A stretch of DNA of 64,000 nucleotides from Chrysomallon squamiferum (Eukaryota; Animalia; Mollusca): the NCBI GenBank assembly GCA_012295275.1, contig CM022671.1, positions 10,106,001 to 10,170,000 on the forward strand, given 5' to 3'. Made by a program: the position numbers and the translations under genes. Below, piece after piece: positions 39,314 to 52,645 of the stretch. Position 1 is the first letter of the stretch; each line of letters begins with the position of its first letter. The notes below the pieces were generated by a model. The model saw nothing but the letters and a program-made list of their open reading frames with translations. It ran no database searches and was not told the origin of the DNA.

Positions 39314-39684
39314 AACATGCATGCACTGGAATATCTGCCAACACCCCAGTTTGCCAGCTGCACTGACATGGTTCAAATATCAGCCAGACACTGTGACAGA
39401 GAATGAAGAAGTCATTGTGTTGTGGAACACCGACAAAAAGTCCGAGGCAAACAGACAAATATCAGTGTGCAGAACAAGCGAAAAAAGACCTGACTGCTCA
39501 TGGACATGAGAGTACCGTCAGACATCAAACAAATTAAAAAGCTTCACAGCAGAATTACAGATCACTCTTCTAATAACTATACACATATTTTTCATATATC
39601 ACATATTAATCTCTCTATTCAGTAATCACTGTTTATGCTATAGGTCCAAAGGTTGGACCCGGTCGACGAACACAATAATAATAA
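39314..39684 (+). mobile_element. 5'-truncated R4/Dong-type non-LTR retrotransposon: restriction-like endonuclease C-terminus plus 3' UTR
   Basis: Across frameshifts it reads HWNICQH..LPAA.TWFKYQPDTVTENEEVIVLW..TDKKSEANR(PD)ISVQNKRKKT*LLMDMRVPSD...LQITLLITIHI...LSIQ* (stop 39623-39625). This matches the RLE 'NRPDI...CLLID..VP.D' and 'QK..LLGTAHILR' motifs. The 3' UTR has a hairpin and ends in (AAT)n. Confidence 0.82.
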
Positions 39685-39699
39685 AAAGTTTATATTTAA

Positions 39700-39702
<3 letters not shown>

Positions 39703-39794
<92 letters not shown>
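39703..39794. repeat. (CT)n microsatellite
   Basis: Pure run of ~46 units. Confidence 0.95.
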
Positions 39795-39798
<4 letters not shown>

Positions 39799-41865
39799 TT
39801 GGTATTGCAATCATTACTGTATTCTATAATATTTACGTAAGTATGATGTTATATGTTACATAGATATCTGCACATATATACATAAACACACACACACACA
39901 CAGACACACCCTCAAGATTCATTTTATTTCAGTATTATTTATTTATTTATTATTATTATGATTATTATTATGATTATTAAATCTATGTCGTTAATAATGA
40001 TATGGTAATAATGCTGATAACGGTGTTGTTGTTAATTAGCATTTCTTCTTATTCTGTACTTAACGTACTTACGACGATGACAACTGAACTAAAGACATGT
40101 CTGTAGGACAAAATACGCCTTTCCCACGTTTAAACTGTAACTGGGACAAACGATGATCAAATACTTGACATGATAAATGTTTGATTAAGTTTAAGTTTTC
40201 CTCATACCATGGCTGTTCAAAAACCTGGGCTCTGACACTTTAATTCTGATGTAAAAGCTTCGGGCCAAAGGTCTTGAGAAAGAGGACCAATGCTACCTCG
40301 TTTTGAAGGTGTTACTTCAACAGTAAATCTTTATCGAGTGCATAAACTGTCCATGCTCTAATACCTCAAGTAAAAAGCTAAACATATCTAGTGTCGTGAC
40401 GAGAAATATTAAATATGTAACCTTCCACAAAATTTAAATGATTTTCTATAGCAAAACGATAATGAAAAAAAAAAAAAAAAAAATGAAATCTGCAAATAAA
40501 ATAAGGTTTACTTGTCAAACGGCTAATAATGACAGTTGTAATAATGACAGTTGTATTTGAATAATTCGTTTCGGAATAAAAAAAGGAAAGCGGAGTAAAA
40601 TATTATTCTTATTACTCAGGATTTTTAAAAATCTTTTATTTTTTATTATTTATTTATTTTTTTGTTATTTATTTATTTTATTATTTATTTATTGTAATTC
40701 CTATTAATATTGTAATTTTTACGACTGAATCGCCTTTATCTACATAAATGTTGTCATAATCGTCATAACTGTAGTCATGTTTTATTTCTATTCAAACGTA
40801 ATATGATAAAAATAATAAAAATAATTAAACAAATATAAACAAATAATAAAAATAATAAACAACCAAAAATTAAAATAATACATTTTTTATTTTTTATTTA
40901 TTTTATTCAGTTTTGATATTGGATAATGTTTTCTTTAATAATTATTTCTTCAAAATAGGAAAATGTAATGAAATAGTCAGAGACATAAATAGACAGTGAG
41001 AGAGCAAAAGGGAGAGAGATTTAAAAAAAAAAAAAAAAGTAAACAGGAAGATAGGGAATAATGGTGTGTGTGCGTGCGTGAATTAAAACCTCTGTACTTA
41101 ATGAACTTACCAAAGGCCATAAATGAATAATATTTTGAAAGTACTAAAGTACTCTAAAGCTATGTAAAAACACTGGAAATAATTCAGTAGTAAAGAGTGT
41201 GCCCGGGGCCACGTACGTCGCAGTCAATGAACATACCATTGCAAAACTCCATATATGTTTGAATATTGAAGCATACCTGTCATGGGCAGAGACGGAAGGA
41301 GTCTGTTAGCCTGACAAAGATAGTGTTAACGTTAGTGTCACCCAAACGTATCATAGCTGCTCCAGAATCTGACCATTTTAAAAACAACAGCTTAACCAAA
41401 CTAAGCCGTCACTTTTCTTGAAATTTTGAATCTGTCATATTCCTTAGTTTCGAAATACTTATATATATTAACAGCATAATATAAACAGCTATTGTTGTAA
41501 CATTTATGTTTATACACTTTAAAAAAAAAAAAAAAAAAAGAAACTTGTGTAGCCATTCTTTGTGTCGAAAATAACAAAAATATTTTGAAGTTATGTAAAC
41601 CTAAGTGATGGTTTCCAGAACCTGGTTCCAACAGTGAAATGATACTTATATAAAAAGTGCATGCCATCTTCTAACCAGAATAGTTGTTCAAGTTATTGAT
41701 ATAAAAATATTATTTTCCTCTCCTCTGTGTGTCTCATATACAATAAAAAAATAAAAAAATATATATATTGTTGTCGTCGACGTTGTTTTGGTTACTTTTC
41801 TTAGAATTGAAAATAAAAATGCCATTTAAAAATCCCCACCATAGACCATTACTAATATATTCTTT

Positions 41866-41906
<41 letters not shown>

Positions 41907-44462
41907 GAAGAAGAAGAAGAAGAAGAAGAAATTTCCATAGCATTAATTTGTTTTTTTTCACTCTCCACTCTTCTTTATAAACCACTCGTTCGTAGAATCT
42001 CTCCAATTAATTCTTAAGTTCGCCAGCCAACCATCCAGACATACGTCCCAGTCAATCATAGGTAATTTGTACATCTGAATGTTTTCATATAACGAACGCG
42101 AATTCGTTTTATGTCTTACTTTGTTCCGATGATCAACAAAATCCACGTATTTCGCTAGATCAGCTCGCATTCCAGACTTTGTATTAGTTCGTCATTTCGA
42201 GCTATTGATCCGTGTGCAGCTATTGTGAAATTGTTTCATAAATAAAGCGGAGGCAAAACAACTTTATGACCGCATTTTGACGTGACCAGCAATTTCCATT
42301 CCGCAAGGACAAGAGAAATGAAAGGGTTGGGGAAAAAAAAGAAGAAAAAAAGTAATAACAGTATCTAAGCCGCGAGACTTTCTGATCGAAAGATACATCG
42401 GCTCACAAAGGCTAATTTGTAAAGAAATGCTCGTGAATAGCATGGAATGAGATACGGTGTGATTGTTCTGTGAACAAGTTAATTCTAGAATTAACATTTA
42501 GCACTGTCGCATTACAGTTATTGTAAACAATTACAGTGCTGTCAACGTTTGGTTTAGACACAAGCGTTCGTCAGAACTTTTCAGTTTGTGCTACTTTATC
42601 ATCATCACCATCATCACCATCATCACCATTATTATTATTATTATTATTATTATTAAGAAATAATTTATTTTAATTTCAATATATTCTTTACTTTAAATGT
42701 AAACGTGTTATTATTTGTTTCTGTCAATCCTAAAATTTAGCTTCTGATTCAAAGCATGCTACATTATTTCATTTCATTGTGAATATTTTATTTTATTATT
42801 ATTATTTTTTTTTTTTTTTTTTTTTTTGAACGTTTGTTTCACCCGCTTAAAATATATTGAATTTAAATAATATTTCAAAAAGTCACAGCTACAATTTTTA
42901 TAATACTAATAATATTAATGTAATTAGTATGAAAAAGCTTTCAAAATTGCGATATGCTTCTAGTGTTAGGAATAAATCATCTAAATATTTTGAACTGTTG
43001 TTTTAACTGATACTGGCTAATCTTTGTTTTAGTGAAGAATATGATTAAAATAAGTTAATCAGGATTAAAATAAGTTAATCAGGATTGAATAATCATTAAA
43101 CTGTACAGTAAGATCGATCTAAAAGCATTTTTATACTTCTTTTTTAATCTGTTACTAGGTACCTGTGTTTGGTGATAACAAAGTGTGCCAATACATTTAT
43201 CCACGACATTCCACAGAGGACGGTAATTTACGTTTGTTTTGGCCTAAATTTCTACATCAAACATTTCCTAATGAATCACTGCAAAACTATCTGTAGCATA
43301 TAAAATACTTCTGAACAAGCATTCTTTTTTCCAAGAAGCATAACTAATTAAGAAAAAAAACATTGTCGTTTCTTTTATAACGATCATAACCTTTTTTCTT
43401 TTTTTTAAAATTATTATTATTATCATTATTATTATTATTAATAAAAATTTTGGCACAACAATATTTTATTTGTATAACATACTAAATACTTTTCTATTAA
43501 TAAGATGATGTTTAAATTAAACTTGCAGTGTAACTTATATACGATAATCACTGGTACAACTACATACAAAAGAGAAACATGAAAAACGTTGACAGATTTT
43601 ATTTATTTATTTATTTCAACATAAGAGTCTAACATATTTTACCCATGCGAATAAATACATTTATTATTAAATCTTTTCACATTTGCCCCACATCAATGGA
43701 ATTTTGCTACCAGAGAAAACCAATATTTTCGTCTTAAAGGCTCAGGGGAACAATGCTGTTTCATACCTGAAATATATGTTTGTATGACTCATCCATGTGA
43801 AAGTGTAGATATATTGTCCGGGGTCAGTAATCACGGGGTGAGTTACCACGGGTTATGCCCATGAAATCTACACGACGTTGAAAAGAGTCGAAGAACCAAG
43901 TGAGGCATTTCACACAAAACAATTTGTATGTGTTTGTGAAGATAGGTATCTGTGTATTTATAAAGTGCTACATATGTCCGTGTTTTAAGCAATATTAAAA
44001 GCAAGTTTTAAGATTTAAGTAGATAGAGTGTCAGATGAAGTGTTAAACAGTCATAAACACACATGTCTTTCATTTATCTTAGTTGTCATTGACACTGTTT
44101 TTCTGGCCTCTCGTATTTTACTCCTCCGTCGTTTTTTTCTGACTTCATCTTGTTTTCATTTTCTTCTTCTTTTATATAAATATATGTACATATAAAAACC
44201 TCCTCTGTTTTTCTGACTGTCTACGTTTCTACCTAAGTCTCGCAAGTCTATAAAATTATAATAGTCTATTTCTCAACCTCTTTTTTTCTTCGTCTATATT
44301 ATTGTAATAATGCTATCTCGTTTATTTTAATATATTTTTTCTCTGTTATTTTTCTTTCTTTATTAATATTTTCGCTTTCTTAAAACCACTATATCAAAAA
44401 GAACAGCTCTAAGATAAGTTACATAAAATCATTTGCAAACAGAAATAAACAAATATACATAC

Positions 44463-44464
<2 letters not shown>

Positions 44465-44503
<39 letters not shown>

Positions 44504-44550
44504 AACGGCGCGCGCGCGCGCACACACACACACACACACACTCACACACA
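44465..44550. repeat. (TA)n-(CG)n-(CA)n alternating purine-pyrimidine tract
   Basis: Directly visible. Confidence 0.9.
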
Positions 44551-45013
44551 TACACAAACACGCACATAAATACAGACAAACGTATTTATTTGTCAGTAAT
44601 GTTATTACGTCTTCTTTGTAACTTTCGTTTTAAGTAACTTTTAATATGATTTTGTTATTTGAAAACGTCAGTCACAAGCAGTTCATAATCATGTTGCATC
44701 TGTGTCAGAATTTCATCACATAATTGTACAGAAGTATCAAACATTTATTTATTTATTTCTGTCTGTGTATATGTATCTGTGCCTGTATGTGAGTATCTGT
44801 ATGTGTGTGTATGTATGTGTATGTATGTATTTATATGTTCATATATGTGAGTGTAGGTGCGCGCTTGTGTGTTTGTATGCCATTATTATTGAATATGTAA
44901 TATCATATGCATCTATTTTTGTGTGTGTGTGTGTGTATATGTCTATATATTCGTATGTATCTATGCATATATGTTTGCTTGAGTGTACGTAGGTGTTTAT
45001 ATCTCCATACAGG

Positions 45014-45134
<121 letters not shown>

Positions 45135-46473
45135 CATGTATCAAATACATTAAGCAGAACTATATACTGGACATAATAAACTTAATATTAAAATATTTGA
45201 AATGTCTTAAATTAAACTTTATTAATTTAATATGTCCCATCATTTCATTTTTCCTTTATAATTCTTGAAGCTAGATGGAACGAGATACATACTGCTTTTC
45301 GAAAGAAATCTATTAACCTATTTTCCAGCATAATAAGTAAATGTAATTCTGAAGAAATGCAATATACAGCTACTTGACAGAAACAAATTAATCATAATTA
45401 TATTCAAATATGAAGGTTCATGTCACCACAAGTTAGCTTATTATACACATAATGCATGCCATGCAGTCTCTAGTGAAAACCAAAATGATTGATTTTTGGT
45501 CGTTTTCTTTCTGAAATTTATTTTCATGAATACTGTATACATGTTATGTTCTTTATTTCATTTTTGTTTCTTTTTTCTTTTTAGTCTCTTTTCTTTTCTT
45601 TTCTTTTTCTTTTTTCTTTTATATATATATATATATTTATATGTATTATTTTTGTCTCCCGTTTTTAAAAATTAAACATTTCATTTCATTTTCACTTTAT
45701 TTCCTGGATAAATTATTTGTATTTATTTATTTATTTATTTATTTATTTATTTTATTTATTTTAGTTTTAAACTTCGATTCCAAAAATATTATTTATCTTT
45801 TTATTTATAAATGTTGTTAATTACTCTTTTATTTGTGAATATATTAATTGATTTTGTTTCACTCATTCATTATCATAATCGTTATCGTTATTGTTTTTGT
45901 TGCTGTAGCTTTTGATGTCATCATTATGATTTTTATTATTTTTGTCTTCATCATAATCATCATCATTATTGTTATTATTATTATTATTATTATAAATGTT
46001 AAACAAAACGAATATACTGAATACGGCACATACAGATGTTATTTACATAGTATTTGTATATTTACAATACACATAATAATCAATACACACGCATTATCTG
46101 GTTTCTGTTGGCGTTGAAAAATCTTGAAAATATGGAGTCTAAAACAATATCTGATACAGCTGTCATCATGAATGTAGTGCTTCGAAGCAGCTGGTTCTTA
46201 TTGTTGATGTTGTTTTGCTATTATCATCATCATCATCATTATTGTCATCATCACCATCATGGTTATCATCATTATCATCACCTTCACTTCATCATCATCA
46301 TCATCATTATTATTATTATTATTATTATTAGTAGTAGTAGTAGTAGTGTTTTAATCTTCCCCCAAAAATTATAAAATAGATTAACTAAATTGTTTACTTA
46401 TTGATTTAATAAATATAATATTATAAATTTTGAAACGAGCAAATAAACAAATAAAAATGAGTATGCAACAGTA

Positions 46474-46544
<71 letters not shown>

Positions 46545-47189
46545 AATGGATAATAATAACGATGATGATAATATGATAATAATGATAATGATATAAACGT
46601 GATTATATAATCATGATGTTGATAATAAAATAAAGAAAAAAATATATAAATATAAAAACACAACCACTTCACAGTTTATATGAAATATATTTTATATCTT
46701 AATGGCAATACTAACAGTATGGTATGAAACTAAAATTTTACACATGATACTATTTGATATAACAATTCTGAATTACAATAATAATATCACAATATTTCTT
46801 ACATATTCATAAAGCAAATCTATTATCATGGTAACTAAACAAATATAAATATTTATATAATTATTATTAAAGAATAAATGTTTCAACTCGCAAAGTCTAT
46901 CAGTATGATTTTTTTAGATCTTTATTATTATTATTATTTAAATTTTTATTTGTTTATTTATTTATTTTTTTATTATATATATATTTTTGTTTGTTTCGTA
47001 TTAACGGACTGGTTTAGAACCATCGGAACCTTATATCTTAAGAAAATGTCAATAATATTTCACTGTATATAATAGAATATGCAGATGTGTGTGTTCCATA
47101 TCCATGAAATTACATGTGCAGTAGTACATTAATAATAAATGTAGAAATAGACATGTCTGTATATACGTTTGTGTTTGTACATAGATAAA

Positions 47190-47236
47190 TAGATACATAA
47201 ATAGACAGATAGACAGACAGACAGGCAGACAGACAG

Positions 47237-47328
<92 letters not shown>
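47190..47328. repeat. (AGAC)n-(GA)n microsatellite
   Basis: Directly visible. Confidence 0.95.
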
Positions 47329-47331
<3 letters not shown>

Positions 47332-48253
47332 ATATTAAATGTATACTGTATCAGAAGCAGAATGTCTTTTAATGTTAACCTTTTGTCTGAGCTGGTAAAG
47401 TGAATATTCGGCCGTGCTATTGTTATGAAGAAAACTGTAGAAGAAAGTCAAATGAAAACACAGACACTAGTAAAATATAAAAATCAAACAAGAATATTCA
47501 CTATATGTAGTTATCTCTAGTGTTCCTTATTTCGTTCTTTATTTCTGAGTGTCGCAGAAAGCCAAAAGAATTGATAAAAGAAAATGTTCTAATATTTGTA
47601 CTCTTTTTATTCAATCATTCATTCACTAACATTTTATGTTGGCTTTTTCCAATTATTTAGATATAAAAAATTAATTAATGATTTTGAAAGCACAAACAGT
47701 TGATTTAAAAATAAATCGGTAAATAACAAAATGCAAAAGTCGACATAGATAATAAAATATTAAAATTAAGTAGAATAATAACCTATTAGAAATATAAATA
47801 AATTAATATGGTTTGTTCATTTGCTGATGCAGTATCTTAGTCAAATTGTCTTCAAATAAAAAGAGTTCAAGACCACTGTTATTAACAAACTTTCTCAGTA
47901 ATTTATCTATTATTTATTCCTTTCTTTCGTATCTGATCTGAACGTTGTAATTGGTTTTGAACCCCAAAATACGACTTTTACGATTATTTATAAGGGCTCT
48001 TTCACAGTTTTTTTTTATGTATGTGTGTTTATTTTATTAAGCATTCAATTAGTGCACTGCTTTTCTTCTATCACGAAGAACATTAAAAAGTGGGGAATTT
48101 ATCTCATATGTTGGCTTTAATGAAAAATATTAATATAAATAATTACTGTTTTTTTGTTGTGGATATGGATTTTCAAAATTAAAATTATGTTGCTTTGACT
48201 ATTGTGAAGGACAATTTGAAGTGAATACTTATTTTCATTTGATTTCTTTCTAA

Positions 48254-48354
48254 GATTTACTTTCATACGACCTTAGTAAATACAACATATTAAGTTGGTT
48301 TTAAAACGTTCCTTGAAATAAAAGATGTGCTGCTATCAACATGTAAATAAATTA
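48254..48354 (+). repeat. ~100-bp dispersed direct repeat, copy 1 (copy 2 at 50538-50641)
   Basis: gatttactttcatacgaccttagtaaatacaacatattaagttggttttaaaacgttccttgaaataaaagatgtgctgctatcaacatgtaaataaatta aligns end to end with copy 2. Confidence 0.9.
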
Positions 48355-50537
48355 CCCAGCGCCGCTATTAAAAGGTCAGAGTAATAAAGCCTGTTTCATA
48401 TATTAATTAGAGAAGAATACTTTTATTTGTGCGTGTTACTTTAACACGTACCTAGATACATGCAACATGTCAAATATCAGACTGAGAGTCTTGTAAGTAA
48501 ATGAGAGGGTTATTTTTATTATCTAGTGCATCCAGCAGCGAGGCGATCTATGGTTCTGCACCAGATTCACTAAAATATCTCATGTATGACTTGCCAATCC
48601 CTATTGCAATATATTTATTTGGGTGTGGTCATTAAAGCGTGAACCTGCATAAATTTGACCAAAATTTTTGTTTTCAAACGAAGATGTTCAGATACACAAT
48701 TAAGGTGCTGCTCAGAAAACTTCTCAGTGTGTATCATCTAAAAAAAAAAAAAAAGTTACAGTGGACAAATCTCTCAATTAGCCTAAACGGAATAAAAAAT
48801 AAAAAAAAAAAAAATATAAAAACCTCCACCGTTTACAGTAAGCACAATCTGCAAAAAAACAACAACCCCCACCCCCAAAACGTCACAGTGGACATAATCC
48901 GCAGAAACCAAATATTCACCTTTTCATATTAATTTGGGCTGACATCCTTACCATTATTTATATTAAACATATTAGTGACCCTTCAAACGAGACGCTGAGT
49001 TTAATAGTAGTGACGATGGTGGTGTAACAGTACTATTATATATGTTGATAGTAGCTGTGGTAGTAGTAATAGTACTACTACCACAACAACTAATAATAAC
49101 GACCCAAGATTTGTTAGTAATACACTGAATGTGAAACGTTACAAAAAGTTAAAATTATCAGCTGGCTGCATTATTTCTAGACGTTTTAACTGATACTGAA
49201 TTTAAAACAGATGAACAGAACATAACCAAATCGGCTGATCGTAATGGCCTGCCTGTAAGGAAGAGTTTGAAACAAAATCAACAACATTGGTACTGTACAG
49301 TTCCAGGACCGAATTCCCTGACAGTGGTAGATACTGCAAATTAAACACCATCCACGAAAATAACATTCTACTGGCCTTAATTTTAGCAACAGAAAACAGT
49401 AATAATAAGAACATTGTGTAACTACGGTTTTCTTTTGTTTTAGATTGAAAATATTTCTAATAAGTGAGCAAACAGTAGAATTAGCCTTTCTGCGATCATT
49501 TCTTAAATTACTGGTATGAAAATCATCACAGCTGAAATCCACATGACCTAACATCCCATTGGTTTGTCTGTGTCTAATCTCAGTTTGTTAGCAGTACTTT
49601 CACCAAGTTTTATAGTCTGTGTATACTATAAAAAAGAAGCATTAATTGTAATATAAATACGCAGATACTATAATATAATTCATCTACGTTTATGATCCGT
49701 TTGCAGAAAGTTTTGACGAAAATAAAAAATTAATCCATTTCTGACGAATGTTTTCGAATTTCTTTCTTAGTCACATAACACAAACTGTAAGGTATGATAA
49801 GTAATCCACAAACAAATTCCAGTATTTTGGTCAGAATTCTCATCCAGTGTACAACAAACATGTCTGAAGTGAAAAGTAGTTAAATCTAATATCCAGCTAT
49901 ATCGTTAGTGAACTTCTAAACACCTCAGTTCATTTTTACACACATCATGTAGGTTATTTCTTTGTTTGCTTGTTTTTTACTTTCAAGGACAGATATATAA
50001 CCCACTACATGGAGGAAATTTCTCTGGCGAAATCGTGTTATAACGCATCCAGTCGACGACTGAATTTTAAATAGCACTCCATCGTTTCATATTACATCTA
50101 CTGAGTTGTATTATTTCAAACTCGTTTCCACCGTATAGGGAAACCCTTCAACTAGACGTCAGACGTAAGACCCACAGACACGATGGAACTGTTCAATGAA
50201 CAATGCATGTTAAACTTTACCATAAGCACATATCAGTTTTATATCAGATACTTTTTTTTACTGCAATTTATGTGAACATATTTGCCATATTAACAGATTT
50301 TTTTATATGAACCACGCAGCATACACTGACGTCCAATTAAGTCTCCAATCCACTTCAAAGAACTGAATGGATACCTTTTCACGTTACAGATATCAATCAT
50401 TTTCATTTAATTAGGTATTCTTCAGTGAATGTTAATTCTGATGCAGGTATGGAATTTAAGTTTTTCGTTTCTGGAGCTATTAACAACTTCTCATTTCCGA
50501 TACATTGTTGTGTCTTTGAGTTGTCGCTGATGCTGTT

Positions 50538-50641
50538 GATTTACATTCATACGACCTTAGTTAAAATACAGCATATTAAGTTGGTTCTAAAACGTTCATT
50601 GAAATATAAAGATGTACTGCTATCAAAATGTAAATAAATTA
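50538..50641 (+). repeat. ~100-bp dispersed direct repeat, copy 2
   Basis: gatttacattcatacgaccttagttaaaatacagcatattaagttggttctaaaacgttcattgaaatataaagatgtactgctatcaaaatgtaaataaatta. Confidence 0.9.
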
Positions 50642-51256
50642 TAGATCCACCTGTTATTGAGCCTTTACAATGCAGTCATATTATTTTGTTGAAAAAGAAT
50701 CACAATCTTGTAGTGCAAAAATACACAGATAATCTCTTTGGAATTATTGGTACATATATTTATAACCTGTTCACCATTAACGTCCGTTGTATTCATTCAA
50801 AAAGAATAGTAGTCGCCTTAGTAAAAATAAATATCCGCTAAGAATTATCTTAGCGCAGTGGATATAAATCTATTCATCTAACCATTTCAGATAACCATAT
50901 TATAAATGTCTTTTCAATAATAATTATTATGTTAAAAATTTGATGAACATTTATTTCATGTACTGCCTCCATATGACACAAAATATAACGATATACTGTA
51001 AAGCTGTGTATTACAGAAGCATCTAGTTCGTCTTTTTTTCGAAAAAGGCACCGTATTTAGAATGATCAGGTTTAGCACTATGTGGTTTAACTGTCCTACA
51101 CTGCTGACCATGCTAGTAACCTTCTGCTTTACTCTTATGAAAAATACAGTTTTCTTTTTGTTTGGTTTTTACAATGTTATTTGAATAAAATATTTTCAGA
51201 AACACTTAAAGAAACGAAAACTTTGAAATCAGTGAATTCTCATCCCACGACTATTG

Positions 51257-52645
51257 TTACTTGTTCTCCCTATTTCTATCAAAATCCGGAGTTTGCCTTG
51301 CATTACCGTTTGGCCATCTCATTGGCGACATGGTGGCGGAAGAACCTGGCATAACAATAATTTTCCTTCTCGGCTGTCTGAATTCCTGAGTGTACACATT
51401 GTAAACCTGCTCTATCGGCCTTTCGATGGTCGATCTGTATGATCCAGTCGAACATCTCATGTCGTGTCTGTAGTAATTTTCATGACTTGCGGTCGGCGAC
51501 AAGCTACTAGGTGACAGTACAGCAGAACTGGCAGACGAACTTCTGGAGCGTGTCCTCACTGCATGATTTCTCGACTGCGTCGAAAGTGGCGGAGGTTGCC
51601 GTTTGGTATATCGAGTTCTGCCTTTTTCGGTCTGAACACCCAAACTCCGGATATTGTGATCTGGGAAGCTAACGGAAGTCGCCTGACCAAAATTGACATG
51701 TCTGTCCCCTTCCGAAGAGCTCTTAGAACAAGGGGAGGGAATTTCATCGTTCGGTACGACTGGTACTGGCACGTAATTTGAATGTGCATGATTACTTACA
51801 TCTCTCTCACGTTTTAAATATTCGGTGCTGCTTATCCCCGTGGATTTCTCCAGAATGAATTTAATATCTCTTATCTCTTGCGAAAGATTTAACAGTTCGT
51901 CTTTCAGAGTCCGTAGCGAGGTCGCGGAAGTTATAGATTCCCGGTCGTCGTAATCAAGCTCCGTTTGAACGGCAACATTGAAGCAAACAATCCCATCGAT
52001 TTCGCATCTTTCTCTTTCCATTTCCTCAGTTATCACTTCAACGTCTATATGAGGCTCCTCATTCGTAAATACGTCACCGTCGCTGCCGTAGAAACCGTTA
52101 CTCGTAACTGCAACCGTTGCAGTATTTCCGTTTGTGTCTATAACTTTTTCTGAAGAAGCTGAAGCAGGTGTGATATTTCCATTAACGAGTGGAGTCTGTC
52201 TTACCTTTCGTCTCAGTGTCCAGTTTAAACCGTGAGGCTGTTTGAGGTTAATTTCGTATCCTTCCCCACTCGCCACTCTCTTTCTCTCTTGGTAGGTGTG
52301 AACTAGGTGGCTGGCGTCCGACGTGCTGAAACATCTACACACCAGAAAGTTAAGTCTTTGGTTACCGTCGACGAACACCGTTATAAGACAGACGGGGTTG
52401 TAGCGATTCACCGTAATGTCCTGTATAATCTGACCAGGAATCTTTTCTGTTTTTTTCTCAGAGTTGTCGTCGTTGAGCACAACAATCTTGACACCGTCAA
52501 CACAAAGCTGAAATAGCGACGTCAGTCCTCTTTTCTCCTCTAACTGTGAACTTATTTGTCTCAAGAGTGTATCGTGATCGCTGTTATTATTCTGTCGCCA
52601 CAGACCAGCGTACACAACTTTTCTCTGTGCTATCACACCTGCCAT
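51257..52645 (-). CDS. Uncharacterised 462-aa protein: PTB/PH-like N-terminal domain, central coiled coil, Ser/Arg-rich disordered tail; single coding exon
   Basis: A 1389-nt uninterrupted ORF, markedly more GC-rich than its flanks. The first ATG is at 52645 in a good context (aaaATGG); the track's start at 52726 is GTG. The N-terminus (KVVYAG / LFQLCVDGVKIV / IIQDITV / LNFLVCRC...DASHLVHTY) follows the PTB pattern YLG / L.IS..GI / I / CHVF.C...A..I. The domain call is an inference. Confidence 0.85.
   Translation of the reverse strand: MAGVIAQRKVVYAGLWRQNNNSDHDTLLRQISSQLEEKRGLTSLFQLCVDGVKIVVLNDDNSEKKTEKIPGQIIQDITVNRYNPVCLITVFVDGNQRLNFLVCRCFSTSDASHLVHTYQERKRVASGEGYEINLKQPHGLNWTLRRKVRQTPLVNGNITPASASSEKVIDTNGNTATVAVTSNGFYGSDGDVFTNEEPHIDVEVITEEMERERCEIDGIVCFNVAVQTELDYDDRESITSATSLRTLKDELLNLSQEIRDIKFILEKSTGISSTEYLKRERDVSNHAHSNYVPVPVVPNDEIPSPCSKSSSEGDRHVNFGQATSVSFPDHNIRSLGVQTEKGRTRYTKRQPPPLSTQSRNHAVRTRSRSSSASSAVLSPSSLSPTASHENYYRHDMRCSTGSYRSTIERPIEQVYNVYTQEFRQPRRKIIVMPGSSATMSPMRWPNGNARQTPDFDRNRENK

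Noticed and set aside
39640-39672. tRNA/SINE B-box-like ggttggacccgg
   Set aside because: It is better explained as the LINE 3' UTR hairpin; there is no A-box or cloverleaf.
40073-40100. Possible 28-nt minus-strand micro-exon (ag|acATGTCTTTAGTTCAGTTGTCATCGTC|gtaagt)
   Set aside because: Its phase-2 end does not fit the phase-0 caveolin exon 2, and no partner exon was found. The same applies to an isolated donor near 61960.
41958-42170. 70-aa minus ORF (MRADLAKYV...)
   Set aside because: No recognisable domain, and it could not be linked to other exons.
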